Shown here: positions 18,907-28,994 of the stretch, in pieces | Layout of the letters: each line of letters starts with the position of its first letter | Position numbering within the stretch: position 1 is the stretch's first letter | NCBI GenBank assembly: GCA_963828165.1 | Contig: CAWHDR010000001.1 | Location: 576,001-640,000, forward strand | Direction of reading: 5' to 3' | Origin: an uncultured Chloroflexia bacterium | GTDB taxonomy: Bacteria; Chloroflexota; Limnocylindria; Limnocylindrales; CSP1-4 | Length of the DNA stretch: 64,000 bases | Made by a program: the position numbers and the translations under genes | The notes under the pieces: generated by a model | Databases searched by the model: none | Told to the model about the DNA's origin: nothing | Seen by the model: the letters and a program-made list of their open reading frames with translations, nothing else

Positions 18907-19236
18907 ATGGGTGCTGTCGAGACGATGGAAGACTTCTTCGAGAAGCTGAACAGCGGTGACCGCGAGGGTGCGGTCGCGCTCATGGACGAGAAGACCGAGA
19001 TGCGAGTGCATGTCGGTGACAGCGTCCAGATGCTGCGCGGCGTGGAGCGCGTCGGAGGCTGGTTCCTGCGCGGCGACGCCGGCCTGCGGATGATCCCGGG
19101 CGGGATCCGCGACACCGGGAACACCTACGAGGCGGACCTGCTGGTAGTGCGGCCGGGGGCGCCCACCCAGCACATCGACGCGACGTTCCGCGTGGAGGCC
19201 GGGCGGATCACGGCCATCAACATCGCGCCTCGCTAG
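18907..19236 (+). CDS. Small NTF2/SnoaL-like protein
   Basis: METFFEKLNSGDREGAVALM-type N-terminus; ATFRVEAGRITAI. Confidence 0.6.
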   Translation: MGAVETMEDFFEKLNSGDREGAVALMDEKTEMRVHVGDSVQMLRGVERVGGWFLRGDAGLRMIPGGIRDTGNTYEADLLVVRPGAPTQHIDATFRVEAGRITAINIAPR

Positions 19237-19269
19237 CGGGGCTCCTGCGCGCCCGCCGCGCGGCCAGCG

Positions 19270-20580
19270 TCAAGTCGCCGGCGACTCCGAGGCACTCCCG
19301 CCGTCCACCTCGTCCGTGGTCGGTACCGGGATGACGATCTCATCGCCCACCGCGATCCGGTCCGGATCCGTGATGGTCTCCGTGTTCGCGGCGAGCAACT
19401 CATCGAGCGTCAACCCGAACGAGCGCGCCACCTTCGAGAGGGTGTCGCCCTCCTTGATCACGTAGACCTGGGGGGTCGGCGCCGGGGGTGGGGTCGGTTC
19501 GGGCGTCGGGGTCGCTACCGCAGCGGTCGGGCTCGGGGTCGGGTCGGCGTCGCCGTCCCCGCCGACCCCGAAGAGCGCGGGCAGGAAGAACAGCGCCAGT
19601 GCCGCGATGGCCAGGGCTCCGGCGAGCACGGCCACCCTGGGCAACCCCGACATGCTCGGCATGGATCGACCGGGCCGGATCTGCGGATAGGCCTCCAGGC
19701 GTCGCTGGCCTTCCCAGGCCGGCCCGTCGGCGCGCCCGCGTTCGCGCTCTCTCTCGCGCTGTTCGCGTTCGCGTTCCCGATCCCGGTCGCGCGTGGAGCT
19801 GACGCTCGGGGGGCGGCCTGAGCGGGCGACCGGCGCCAAACCGTCACGTTCCGGACCGGAGCCGGTGCGACCGGTTCTCCCGACGAGACCCGCGAGCTCC
19901 GGATCGGCGGGGGCCGACGGATGATCCCTGGGTGGTCGACCGAGGGGCTCATCGTCCAGATCTGGGTCGACGGCGCCGACGTCACGCGCGAGTCGATCGG
20001 CAGCGCTGCCGGCCAGCCCGCGTCCCTCCTCATGACGCGGCGCCAGGAAGCCAGGTTCGCCCCGTGATGACTCCGGCCCAGCGGCACCGGCCGCCCCAGC
20101 GCCACCAGCCGCGGCACTCCCGGCAGCGCCGGCCAGGCCAGCCGCGCCGGGCGCCCAGGGCGGCGGCGCGGCCCAGTCACGCGGCGGGTTTCGCCGCGGA
20201 CGTTCCTCGATCGGACGCTCGTCGTGCCGGTGCTCCCACGGATCGTCCTCGGGGTCGGACGTGCCGTCGCCGGGCGCGTTCGCCGATTCGGGGTCGGGAG
20301 CCATCACCGTGGCACCTGCCGGTGTCGGAGTCGGCGTCCCACCGGCTCGGGCGTGCGCGGCCTCGCGCCGGGCCCACTCCTGGAACGTCGGGCAGACCGG
20401 GAACGCACTCGAAAGGCAGTACGCCTCCTGGTGCGCCAGCGCGCGCGGAGCGGGGTCAGGCTCCGCATAGCAGCGGTGGCGGTGATCCGGTCGGTCGGCG
20501 CGTTCGTCCCGCTCGTCCTCGAACGCTACGAACGGACACGCCGGCGAAGCATCGGCACTGGGCAGCCCACGCTCGGTCAT
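19270..20580 (-). CDS. Membrane-anchored LysM protein with N-terminal Cys/His cluster
   Basis: CPF...HRC...YCL...CP; TM; PT linker; YVIKEGDTLSKVA...LLAAN...IAVGDEIVIP. Confidence 0.8.
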   Translation of the reverse strand: MTERGLPSADASPACPFVAFEDERDERADRPDHRHRCYAEPDPAPRALAHQEAYCLSSAFPVCPTFQEWARREAAHARAGGTPTPTPAGATVMAPDPESANAPGDGTSDPEDDPWEHRHDERPIEERPRRNPPRDWAAPPPWAPGAAGLAGAAGSAAAGGAGAAGAAGPESSRGEPGFLAPRHEEGRGLAGSAADRLARDVGAVDPDLDDEPLGRPPRDHPSAPADPELAGLVGRTGRTGSGPERDGLAPVARSGRPPSVSSTRDRDREREREQRERERERGRADGPAWEGQRRLEAYPQIRPGRSMPSMSGLPRVAVLAGALAIAALALFFLPALFGVGGDGDADPTPSPTAAVATPTPEPTPPPAPTPQVYVIKEGDTLSKVARSFGLTLDELLAANTETITDPDRIAVGDEIVIPVPTTDEVDGGSASESPAT

Positions 20581-20642
20581 CGCCGCGATGATACCCGGGG
20601 CGCCCATCGGCGGTGCTCGGCGCGCGCGGATCCGCTGCGCAT

Positions 20643-20678
20643 TTGACATGCCCGACAGAGGCTCGGACACTTCGAGCC
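20643..20678 (+). promoter_or_regulatory. Sigma70-type sodN promoter with inverted repeat over the -10
   Basis: TTGACA(20643)-N17-GACACT(20666); GGCTCG..CGAGCC flanks the -10. Confidence 0.5.
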
Positions 20679-20728
20679 ATCCCCCGAGGCGATACGGTGA
20701 AGCCGCATCCCCAGTGCGAAGGAGTCCC

Positions 20729-21160
20729 ATGTCTCGCTTGACCCGTTGGCTCGCGCCGACCACCACTGCCCGTGCCCATTGCGACCTGCCCTGCGGCGTG
20801 TACGACCCGGAGCAGGCCCGCATCGAGGCCGAGTCCTGCCACAAGATCAACGAGAAGTACGCGGCCAACGAGGACACGACGTTCCGAACACGCGCCGTCG
20901 CGATCAAGGAAGAGCGCGCGGAGCTCGTCAAGCACCACCTCGACGTCCTGTGGCACGACTACTTCAAGCCCGAGCACCTCGACAAGGTCCCGAACCTGCA
21001 TGAGCTGTTCTGGAACGCGACCAAGCAGGTCTCGAAGGTGAAGGCCTCCACGGACGCCGCCGACTCGAAGAAGCTGCTCGACATGATCGACGAGATCGAT
21101 GCGGCCTGGAAGGCGACCGGTGGCGCCGAAAAGACCCGCGTCGCGGGACGCCCCGCCTGA
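20729..21160 (+). CDS. sodN: Nickel superoxide dismutase
   Basis: Short leader, then Ni-hook HCDLPCGVYDP; VLWHDYFK. Confidence 0.97.
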   Translation: MSRLTRWLAPTTTARAHCDLPCGVYDPEQARIEAESCHKINEKYAANEDTTFRTRAVAIKEERAELVKHHLDVLWHDYFKPEHLDKVPNLHELFWNATKQVSKVKASTDAADSKKLLDMIDEIDAAWKATGGAEKTRVAGRPA

Positions 21161-21633
21161 CGCTCGGCCGCGTCCTCTCGCGCATCCCGAGGCCCCGCCG
21201 GTCGGCGGGGCCTCGTCGCACCGAGCGCTTCTGGCATCGCCTGCGAGGACCGTGGCGGATCGCGATCGCACAGGCGAGCATGGAGCCCACGCTCGCGACC
21301 GGGGACTGGCTTCTCGTCGACCCCACGACGAACCGATGGCCCAAGCGCGGCTCCATCGTCGCCTTCCACGAACCTGACGGCGGCGCCTTGTCGGTGAAGC
21401 GGGTTGCGGCCCGCCCCGGCGATCGGGTCCCGTTCGAAAGCGGGTATCTCGAACTGGCGGACGACGAAGCCTGGCTGACCGCCGACGCTTCCGAGGAAGT
21501 CACTGCTGAGGCCGGTTTCGGGCCGCCGATCGACTCGCGCCGCTACGGCCCAGTACCCGTCGCGCTCCTCGTCGGGCGGGTGTGGTTCCGCTACGGACCG
21601 TGGCGCCGCATCGGACGGCTGCCGCCCGGTTGA
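21157..21633 (+). CDS. sodX: NiSOD maturation peptidase (S26 family); start uncertain
   Basis: SMEPTL..GD.LLV, VKRV, DSRRYGPV; directly downstream of sodN. Confidence 0.85.
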   Translation: MTLGRVLSRIPRPRRSAGPRRTERFWHRLRGPWRIAIAQASMEPTLATGDWLLVDPTTNRWPKRGSIVAFHEPDGGALSVKRVAARPGDRVPFESGYLELADDEAWLTADASEEVTAEAGFGPPIDSRRYGPVPVALLVGRVWFRYGPWRRIGRLPPG

Positions 21634-21713
21634 CCATCGGGTGGGTTGGACGGCCCTCCAGGTAGGGCCTAGGCTGGTACGACCAACGCCTTCCTCAAGG
21701 GGAACACCCACTC

Positions 21714-22430
21714 ATGACCTTCCAGACACGGCGCCTCGGTGGCGCCCTTTCGATCATGCTGCTCGCGGTCGCGCTTGCGGCGTGCGGCGGCTCGACGCCG
21801 TCGGCTTCGGCTGGCCCCACGGGCGTGGTGACACCGGCCCCCGCGTCGGTGGAACCGGCCGGCTCACCCGATGCCTCGCCGTCGGTCGCTGCCGCGGCGA
21901 CCCCCGGCAGCGACCTCGCGACGACCGGCCGCATCGAGGTCGCCGACAAGGGCTTCGCGGTGACCCTGCCCGATGGCTGGACCCGCGTCGACGTCACGCC
22001 GGAGGAGCTGGAAGCGGCCATGGCCGCAAGCGAGCTCGATCCAGAATTGGCCGCGCAGTATTCGGCCCAGATCAAGGCGCTACTCGGGACCGGACTCTCG
22101 ATCTTCGCATTCGGTCCGGACCCGTCCGCCGGGACGCAGGTCACGGTCCTCGCGCTCCCGACCATGGGACTGAGCCTGGATCTCCTGGATCAGATCAATA
22201 CCGCCCAGCTGGAGCAGCTTGCCGAGGGCGAGATCGAGTCCGAGCGGATCAAGCTCCCGGCTGGCGATGCCATCCACTACCACTACGCGCTCGGCGCGGG
22301 GGTCACTGAAGGCGCCACGCTCGACCAGTACTTCATCCTCGCCGGCACGAACCAGCTCGTCGTCACCGCGACGAATGCCAGCCCGGAGGACGCCGCGGCG
22401 ATCGCGAATTCGGTCGAGAACCTCGACTAG
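21714..22430 (+). CDS. Lipoprotein
   Basis: Lipobox LAAC; SPA-rich linker; GFAVTLPDGW. Confidence 0.75.
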   Translation: MTFQTRRLGGALSIMLLAVALAACGGSTPSASAGPTGVVTPAPASVEPAGSPDASPSVAAAATPGSDLATTGRIEVADKGFAVTLPDGWTRVDVTPEELEAAMAASELDPELAAQYSAQIKALLGTGLSIFAFGPDPSAGTQVTVLALPTMGLSLDLLDQINTAQLEQLAEGEIESERIKLPAGDAIHYHYALGAGVTEGATLDQYFILAGTNQLVVTATNASPEDAAAIANSVENLD

Positions 22431-23327
22431 GCGGGAACGCGGCCTTCTAGCGTGACCCCGGCCGCCTCGCAATCGGCGGCGAAGGCCGCCTGCGCATCGA
22501 GCGTGGGCGACCAGCGCGTCGGGAACGCGACCAGGCGGTCGAGCCCGATCTCCGCAAGGCGAGCGATACGGTCCACTCGGACCCGACCCGGCGTCGCGCA
22601 TCTGCTCATCGCGCGCGTACAGCGAGAAGCGCAAGGTCGCCGGGTCGCGACCTTCGGTCTCGCAGCGTTCGCGCACGTGGCGCATGCGGTCGACGATGTC
22701 ATCGGGCTCGAGGAAGACGTAGTTGAGCTCGTCCGCGTAGCGGATGGCATACCCGGCCGTGACGCGCGGCCCGTTGCCGCCGACGATGATCGGGATGCGC
22801 GGCTCCTGGATGCCACGCGGCTCGTTGATCGCCGCGCGGACATGGGCGTAGCGACCCTCGTGGGTGGCGCGTCCCGGTGCGAACATCTCCGTGATCACCG
22901 CCAGGTGGTCGCCGAGAACGGCGAGCCGTTCAGCGAGCGGCGGGAAGCCGTAGCCGAATGCCCGCCACTCGTCTTCCTTCCACCCGGCGCCGATACCCAG
23001 CTCGAAGCGACCGCCGCTGATGACGTCGATCGTCGACGATTGCTTGGCCGTCAGCGCCGGATTGCGGAATCCGGTGCACACGACCATGTGGCCGATTCGG
23101 ACGCGTTCGGTGCTGACCGCCAGCGCGGCGAGGACGGCGAACGATTCGAACGTCATCTCGTCTTTCGGCTCGGGCACCGTGTGGAAGTGATCGAAGACCC
23201 ACAGGGACTCGAAGCCAAGTGATTCGGCCTGCTCGGCGAGCTGGATCGTCCGGGCCCATCCGTCCGCCGGCCGCCAGCCGTCGTACTCGCCCTTCCAGCC
23301 CTGCGGAGCCATGAGACCGACCTGCAT
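22427..23327 (-). CDS. LLM-class (probably F420-dependent) oxidoreductase, frameshift ~22590
   Basis: GFESLWVFDHFH, FRNPALTAK, DVISGGRFELGIGAGW. Confidence 0.9.
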
Positions 23328-23456
23328 CCGTGCCTCCAGTACGTGCTTTCGTTGACGACGCAATGGTGACGGGTCAGGACGATCCACGCGCCCACGGTCC
23401 GTCGCGTCTCACGGGTCGTCCGGGTCCGCGACCCGGGTGACGCCTATGCTCCTCCG

Positions 23457-24713
23457 ATGAGCACAGCCACCTTCGACCCCACGGCCCCGCTTCCCGGCCC
23501 GCCGGAACCCTGGCGTTCCAGCTCGCAGCCCAGTGCACGCGGGGCGCCGCCCTTCCACATGACCGAGATGATCGAGGCCGAGCCGGCGCTCGCGGAACGG
23601 ATCCTCCAGCGCAACGCCGCACCCGGGAGCGGGGCCGCGGAGCTGGCACGCGCCATCCGCGCCGCGATCCGTGTCGGAGACCCGGTCGTGCTCACCGGCT
23701 GCGGAACGTCCGAGCACGCCGCCCAAGGCGTCGCCGAGATCCTGCGCGAGGCCATCCGGGCGTCCGACATCCGGGCACCGGGTCACGCCACGCGACTGGA
23801 AGCGGTCGTTGCCCAGGCGTTCGAGCTCGCCCTGGATCCGCCCAGGAGCGGCCTGGTGATCGGGGTGTCGCATGAGGGCGGCACGACGGCGACCAACGCG
23901 GCATTGACGGCCGGCAAGGATGCCGGGGCCCGCACGGCCATCATCACCGTGAGCGATCGATCGCCGGGTGCGGACCTGGCCGACATCGTCGTCGAGACCG
24001 AAGAGCTCGACCAGGGCTGGTGCCACACGGTCGGCTACGTCAGCCCGCTCGTTGCCGCCGCGGCGATCGGGGCGCACCTGGCGAAGCGGCCGGTCGACGC
24101 GGAACTCGGCACGGCCGTCAGGGACCTGCTCCAGGCGGGCGTGGACCGCGCGTCGATCGCCGAATCGGTAGCAGGCCGGCTCGGCTCCGCCCGCCCGATC
24201 CTCGTGGTCGCGTCGGGCGCCGATCGGCCCGCCGGCCGCGAGCTGGTCCTGAAGATCGAGGAGGGAGCCTGGATCCCGGCGGCCTACCGCGACCTGGAGA
24301 CGTTCCTCCACGGCCATCTCGCCGCGACCGACGAGGGGACGGGGCTGGTGCTGGTGCTGACCGACCGGGACCGCCGGGAGGATCGCCTTGAACGAGCAAG
24401 CGGCACCCTCCGGGCCGCCCAGGTGATCGGCATGGAGGCGGCGGCGATCGTCACGGCCGACATCGCCGCCGAGCTACCGACCGAGCTCACCCCCGCCGGG
24501 CGGATCGTCGTTCCGGAGGCGCCGACGCTCCCCTCCCCGGTCGCCGCACTGCTGGGCAGCGCCACCCCGCTGCAGCTCCTCACCGAGCGCCTCGCCCGAG
24601 TCCGCGGCGTCGACCCCGACGCGATCCACCGAGACGTCGAGAAATACCGGCTCGCCGCTGACGCGGCGGACGCGCCCGAAGCGGCAAAGCCCGGGGACCC
24701 TTCGGCCGGCTGA
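23457..24713 (+). CDS. Double SIS-domain sugar-phosphate isomerase/deaminase (GlmS C-terminal-like)
   Basis: MTEMIEAEP, GCGTSEHA, SHEGGT, ELVLKIEEG, FLHGH. Confidence 0.8.
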   Translation: MSTATFDPTAPLPGPPEPWRSSSQPSARGAPPFHMTEMIEAEPALAERILQRNAAPGSGAAELARAIRAAIRVGDPVVLTGCGTSEHAAQGVAEILREAIRASDIRAPGHATRLEAVVAQAFELALDPPRSGLVIGVSHEGGTTATNAALTAGKDAGARTAIITVSDRSPGADLADIVVETEELDQGWCHTVGYVSPLVAAAAIGAHLAKRPVDAELGTAVRDLLQAGVDRASIAESVAGRLGSARPILVVASGADRPAGRELVLKIEEGAWIPAAYRDLETFLHGHLAATDEGTGLVLVLTDRDRREDRLERASGTLRAAQVIGMEAAAIVTADIAAELPTELTPAGRIVVPEAPTLPSPVAALLGSATPLQLLTERLARVRGVDPDAIHRDVEKYRLAADAADAPEAAKPGDPSAG

Positions 24714-24752
24714 TGACGGTGCCCGGTCCGCAAGACCCCGGCCATCGGTAGG

Positions 24753-24927
24753 CATGTCAGCCCGAGGCACGATCGTCGACAGACGCCTCGTGACCGATCG
24801 CGTTCGTAGGCCGTTCCTAACCCGCCGAGCAACGGTTCACACGCACTCGTGCCGAGATCGTGCTGGGGCTGACACGGTAGGCCGCTCCGCGCAGGCCCGT
24901 AGAGCTGGTGTGCCTGGGGCTGACATG
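24753..24927. repeat. REP/MITE-like inverted-repeat cluster between convergent genes
   Basis: CATGTCAGCCCGAGGCACGATC (24753) versus inverted copies GATCGTGCTGGGGCTGACA (24856) and GTGCCTGGGGCTGACATG (24910). Confidence 0.6.
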
Positions 24928-24946
24928 GGGCACGGGTGAGGTCGGG

Positions 24947-25933
24947 TCAGGCCCTGCCCACCAATTCCTCCCCCATGACGTCGATGTGATCCAGGTCCCA
25001 CGGCAAGAAATCCTGGAGCATGATTCGCTCGAGACCCGCCTCGGCGAATCGCTTGAGCTGCTCGCGCGCCTGATCGGGCGTGCCGTAGACCCAGCGGTTG
25101 CGGCGCTCCTCCAGCCAGGCCTCGCCAGCCTCCATGTCCTCCCCGAACGCCTTGACCAGGTCGCGTTCGCGCCCTTCGAGCTCGTCCTGGTCGCGACCGA
25201 CCAGCACGCCCGCCATCGTCGATCGCGCAAGCGTCGATGGGTCGCGATCGATCGCCCGACAGGCCTCGTCGAGTTTCCCGTTTACCTCGATCGCCTTGTC
25301 CGGCGACGACGAACTCAGGTTGAACTCGTCCGCGTAGCGCGCGGCGAGGCGATACGAGCGGGGTGAGCCCTGGCCGCCCACGATGATCCGGGGCCGAGCG
25401 CCACCGGCCGGCGTGCGCGGCCGGCCCGCGACGTCCACGGGCCGTGGCCGGAAAATGGCGCCCTTGAGCTGGATCCCCGTGATGCCCTCGTACGACCACC
25501 CATCCGGCTCGCCCCACAATCCGTGCAGGATCGCCAGCTGATCCTCCATGAGATCGGCCCGCTCCTTGATGGGTGGGAATGCGAGGCCCAGCTGCTCGTG
25601 CTCGAGCGCGTTCCATCCCGCTCCCACGCCGACCTCGATCCGGCCGCCGCTCATCTCGTCGACGGTGGTCACGACCTTGGCGAAGGTGCCCGGGTGGCGG
25701 AACGTCACGGGCGACACGAGGACGCCCAGCCCGATGCGCTGGGTCTCACGTGCGAGTCCGGCGACGACGGACCACGCGTCCGTACTCGGCTGGCCCGCCG
25801 GCCCCGGAAAGCTCGCGAAATGGTCCGCCCGGAGATAGGCGTCAAAACCATTGGCCTCGGCACGCTTTGCGACGGCGAGCTGGTCGGCATAGCTCATGCC
25901 CTGCTGGGGCTCGGTCATCAGGGTGTATCGCAT
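24947..25933 (-). CDS. LLM-class F420-dependent oxidoreductase
   Basis: MTEPQQG, RADHF, LVSPVTFRHPG, VDEMSGGRIEVGVGAGW. Confidence 0.9.
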   Translation of the reverse strand: MRYTLMTEPQQGMSYADQLAVAKRAEANGFDAYLRADHFASFPGPAGQPSTDAWSVVAGLARETQRIGLGVLVSPVTFRHPGTFAKVVTTVDEMSGGRIEVGVGAGWNALEHEQLGLAFPPIKERADLMEDQLAILHGLWGEPDGWSYEGITGIQLKGAIFRPRPVDVAGRPRTPAGGARPRIIVGGQGSPRSYRLAARYADEFNLSSSSPDKAIEVNGKLDEACRAIDRDPSTLARSTMAGVLVGRDQDELEGRERDLVKAFGEDMEAGEAWLEERRNRWVYGTPDQAREQLKRFAEAGLERIMLQDFLPWDLDHIDVMGEELVGRA

Positions 25934-25951
25934 GCGGGACTCCTGCATTCG

Positions 25952-26002
25952 GTGTCAACGATCAAGGTTGACACGATGATTCACTCCGATTAGATTGTTC
26001 AC
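25952..26002 (+). promoter_or_regulatory. Leaderless marR promoter with operator-like inverted repeat
   Basis: TTGACA(25968)-N17-TAGATT(25991)-N6-GTG; GTGTCAAC-N7-GTTGACAC at 25952..25974. Confidence 0.65.
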
Positions 26003-26614
26003 GTGGTACGAACTAATCAGGCGACGTCCGGCACCGCCCCCGCCCGCACGGTCGCGGACGACCCATACGCCCCAATCATCGCCGACTTCCGGGCCGCGAT
26101 GAACCAGGTCAAATGCGCATCCAGCGAACGACTGGTCCGGATGGGCGTGAGCATGGCCCAGGTCCACATCATGTACACGCTCCAGCGCAACGGCGAGATG
26201 CCGATGAGCCGGCTGGCGGATGTGCTCCAGGTCTCCTTGTCGAATGCGACGGGCTTGATCGATCGCATCGAGGAGCGCGGTTTCGTCGAACGGACCCGGG
26301 TGCCGGAGGACCGCCGCGTCGTGATGATCCGGGTGACCGACGCAGGCCGCCGGATGCTCGACGAGGTCGATGCCATCAGCTCGGACCTGCTTCGCTCGGT
26401 CTTCGGACGAATCGGACGGTCCCAGGTGGCCGCGGTCGGCCGGGCCATCGCCGAGCTTCGCCGTGGACTCGAGGAGACGACCGGGGTGCCATCCGATCCC
26501 CATGCGCTCTCCATCCCCGCTCCACGATCCGCCACCAGCATCCGCGGTGCCGACCGCACCCCCGCAGCGCCGAACGACCGTCGCCCGGTCGTAGCGGCCT
26601 CAGCGAAGGACTGA
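26003..26614 (+). CDS. MarR family regulator
   Basis: MSRLADVLQVSLSNATGLIDRIEERGFVER...DRR. Confidence 0.92.
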   Translation: MVRTNQATSGTAPARTVADDPYAPIIADFRAAMNQVKCASSERLVRMGVSMAQVHIMYTLQRNGEMPMSRLADVLQVSLSNATGLIDRIEERGFVERTRVPEDRRVVMIRVTDAGRRMLDEVDAISSDLLRSVFGRIGRSQVAAVGRAIAELRRGLEETTGVPSDPHALSIPAPRSATSIRGADRTPAAPNDRRPVVAASAKD

Positions 26615-26617
26615 CCC

Positions 26618-28321
26618 ATGGAAAGCTTGCCCACCCACCCCGATTCGCCGAGCCTGGCGGAGGATCCCGCCCTCGGCTTGAGTCAGCGCGCGAAGATGGA
26701 GATCCTCTTCGCCGTCATGCTCGGGCTGTTCCTCGGAGCGCTCGACCAGACGATCGTGAGTCCGGCGCTACCGACGATCGCGACCGATCTGGCCGGTAAC
26801 GATCTCTACGTCTGGTCGATCACGATCTATCTCCTGACCAGCACGATCAGCGTTCCGTTCTGGGGCAAGCTGTCTGACCTGTACGGGCGCAAGCCGATCT
26901 TCATGATCGGCATCGTCATCTTCCTGATCGGCTCGGCGTTGTCCGGGCTCAGCCAGAACATGGGGATGCTCATCCTGTTCCGGGGCATCCAGGGCATCGG
27001 TGCCGGTTCGCTGTTCCCCGTAGCGCTCGCCATCATCGGCGACATGTTCACCCCCGCCGAACGCGGCAAGTACCAGGGGTTGTTCGGAGCCGTCTTCGGG
27101 ATCGCGTTCGTCGTGGGCCCGCTGGTTGGCGGCTTCCTGACCGAGCAGGTCAGCTGGCATTGGATCTTCTACGTCAACATCCCCATCGGGCTCGTCGCGT
27201 TGCTCGTGATCCAGCGTCTGCTGCCGAACGTCAAGAAGGCGCAGGCAAGCCGCAACTTCGACATCCTGGGCGGTGCCATCTTCACGGTGGCCATCAGCCT
27301 GCTGCTCGTCGGTCTCACCAACAAGCAGTTCGGTGACTGGACCGATCCGACCGTCGGCGGTTTCATCCTCGCGGGCGTGCTCGGAACCGTGCTCTTCATC
27401 CTGGCCGAGGCGCGCGCCAGGGAGCCGATCATCCCGCTCGATCTGTTCCGGAACCGGACCTATTCGAGCTCCATGGTCTCGACGTTCTTCGCGAGCTTCG
27501 CGTTCTTCGCGGCGATCATCTTCCTGCCACGCTGGTTCCAGTTCGTCCACGGCTTCAGCCCGACGGACTCGGGTCTGGCAGCCTTGCCGCTGATGGTCGG
27601 GTTGATCTTCTCCTCGATCGTGTCGGGCCTGATCGTCTCCCGGACGGGCCGCTACAAGTGGCTCCTCGTCGGAGCGATCGCCGTCATGGGCGTGGCGACG
27701 GCCTTGATGACCCAGCTCACCGCCGATACCGAGCTCATCGTCGTGTGGTTCTGGATGTTCCTCGCCGGCCTGGGCGTGGGACCGACGTTCTCGGTGTTCA
27801 CGATCGTCGTCCAGAATGCGGTGCCGTTCAGCCAGCTCGGCGTGGCGACCTCCAACCTGACGTTCTTCCGCCAGATCGGTGGGTCCGTCGCGCTGGCGAT
27901 CGTCGGCACGATCTTCGGCTCGACCTTCCTCGAGCAGATGGGTCCGCAACTCACCGCGGCCGACGTACCGGCACCCGTCGTGGCCGGGTTCGGTCAGGCG
28001 ACGGCGACCGGCGCCATCGACTTCAACCAGCTGACCGGCGTGGGCGATCTCGGCGCGGCCATCCTCGCGGGCATCCCCGAAGCGTTCCGCGGCGCCGTCG
28101 AACCGTACATCGGGCAGATCGTCGCCGGCATCCACCAGGCCTTCAGTCTGGGCGTCGCGCAGACCTTCTGGATCGGCGTGGCAGCCACGGTCATCGCGGC
28201 CATCGCGGCGGCGTTCATGATCGAACACCCGCTGCGCGAGGACTCCCCCGTGGCTGCGGCCGGAACGGCCGACACCGAGAGTGGTCGATCGCTTCACCCG
28301 ACGGGTTCGCCCGCCGACTGA
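26618..28321 (+). CDS. MDR/DHA2 family MFS efflux transporter
   Basis: LDQTIVSPALP, GKLSDLYGRK, WHWIFYVNIPIG; about 14 TM. Confidence 0.93.
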   Translation: MESLPTHPDSPSLAEDPALGLSQRAKMEILFAVMLGLFLGALDQTIVSPALPTIATDLAGNDLYVWSITIYLLTSTISVPFWGKLSDLYGRKPIFMIGIVIFLIGSALSGLSQNMGMLILFRGIQGIGAGSLFPVALAIIGDMFTPAERGKYQGLFGAVFGIAFVVGPLVGGFLTEQVSWHWIFYVNIPIGLVALLVIQRLLPNVKKAQASRNFDILGGAIFTVAISLLLVGLTNKQFGDWTDPTVGGFILAGVLGTVLFILAEARAREPIIPLDLFRNRTYSSSMVSTFFASFAFFAAIIFLPRWFQFVHGFSPTDSGLAALPLMVGLIFSSIVSGLIVSRTGRYKWLLVGAIAVMGVATALMTQLTADTELIVVWFWMFLAGLGVGPTFSVFTIVVQNAVPFSQLGVATSNLTFFRQIGGSVALAIVGTIFGSTFLEQMGPQLTAADVPAPVVAGFGQATATGAIDFNQLTGVGDLGAAILAGIPEAFRGAVEPYIGQIVAGIHQAFSLGVAQTFWIGVAATVIAAIAAAFMIEHPLREDSPVAAAGTADTESGRSLHPTGSPAD

Positions 28322-28338
28322 CCCCGCTCCTCCTTGCT

Positions 28339-28374
28339 CGACGACCCCGGCGGTTGACCACCCCGGGGTCGTCG
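28339..28374 (+). terminator. Hairpin after the MFS gene
   Basis: 12-bp stem CGACGACCCCGG / CCGGGGTCGTCG. Confidence 0.6.
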
Positions 28375-28400
28375 GTCATTTCGCGGGTAGCATTGCCGTC

Positions 28401-28880
28401 ATGCCCATGACACCGGCCGCCTTCCGACCCCGGTTGCAGGCCGCCGGCACGGCCGATGCAGCCTTCCACGCGATCTTAGGCGTGGGCGACTTGCCCGCGG
28501 GCTCCATGCGGCGCGTGACCCGAGGCGACCTGGACCTGGTGCTCGTCCACACGGACAAGGGTGTCTTCGCGACCGAGGATCGCTGCCCGCACATGTCAGC
28601 GCCGTTGTCGATCGGCATCCTCGATGGATGCATCATCCAGTGCCCGCTGCACGAGGGACGATTCGATCTGGAGAGCGGCGACCCCGCGCAGATGCCGACG
28701 ACCGGCGGACTCGATCCGGATGGCGTCTACCACCCGACCTGGTCGCCGGCCGGCCGGGATCCCAAGGTGGATCCGCCCGGCACCAAGGCCGAGGCTCGGC
28801 GCCTGACCCGCGTCCGCCGGTTTCGCTACTACCCCGTCCGCATCGTCGAGGACCGGATCGAGGTCGCGCTCCCGGTCTGA
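28401..28880 (+). CDS. Rieske [2Fe-2S] ferredoxin-like protein
   Basis: CPH...CPLH motif. Confidence 0.88.
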   Translation: MPMTPAAFRPRLQAAGTADAAFHAILGVGDLPAGSMRRVTRGDLDLVLVHTDKGVFATEDRCPHMSAPLSIGILDGCIIQCPLHEGRFDLESGDPAQMPTTGGLDPDGVYHPTWSPAGRDPKVDPPGTKAEARRLTRVRRFRYYPVRIVEDRIEVALPV

Positions 28881-28994
28881 CGACCCCCTCGCCGTGACGT
28901 GATTTCCGGGCTAGCCCGGATGGCGGCGGCTCCAGTCCCGATGACCGTTACGAAACGGAGATGGCACGATCGCAGTCGAGATAGGGAGCCACGC

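Noticed and set aside
19480-19560. Short GGGGTC/GGGTC tandem repeats
   Set aside because: They encode the Pro-Thr linker of the LysM protein.
20672-20728. Possible NiCo riboswitch upstream of sodN
   Set aside because: The leader is short and I could not find the four-way junction; a promoter with an operator fits better.
28373-28400. CGGTCATT...GCATTGCC resembling a cassette site
   Set aside because: Spacing is 2 nt too long, the core does not match, and it is explained by a terminator tail plus a -10 box.
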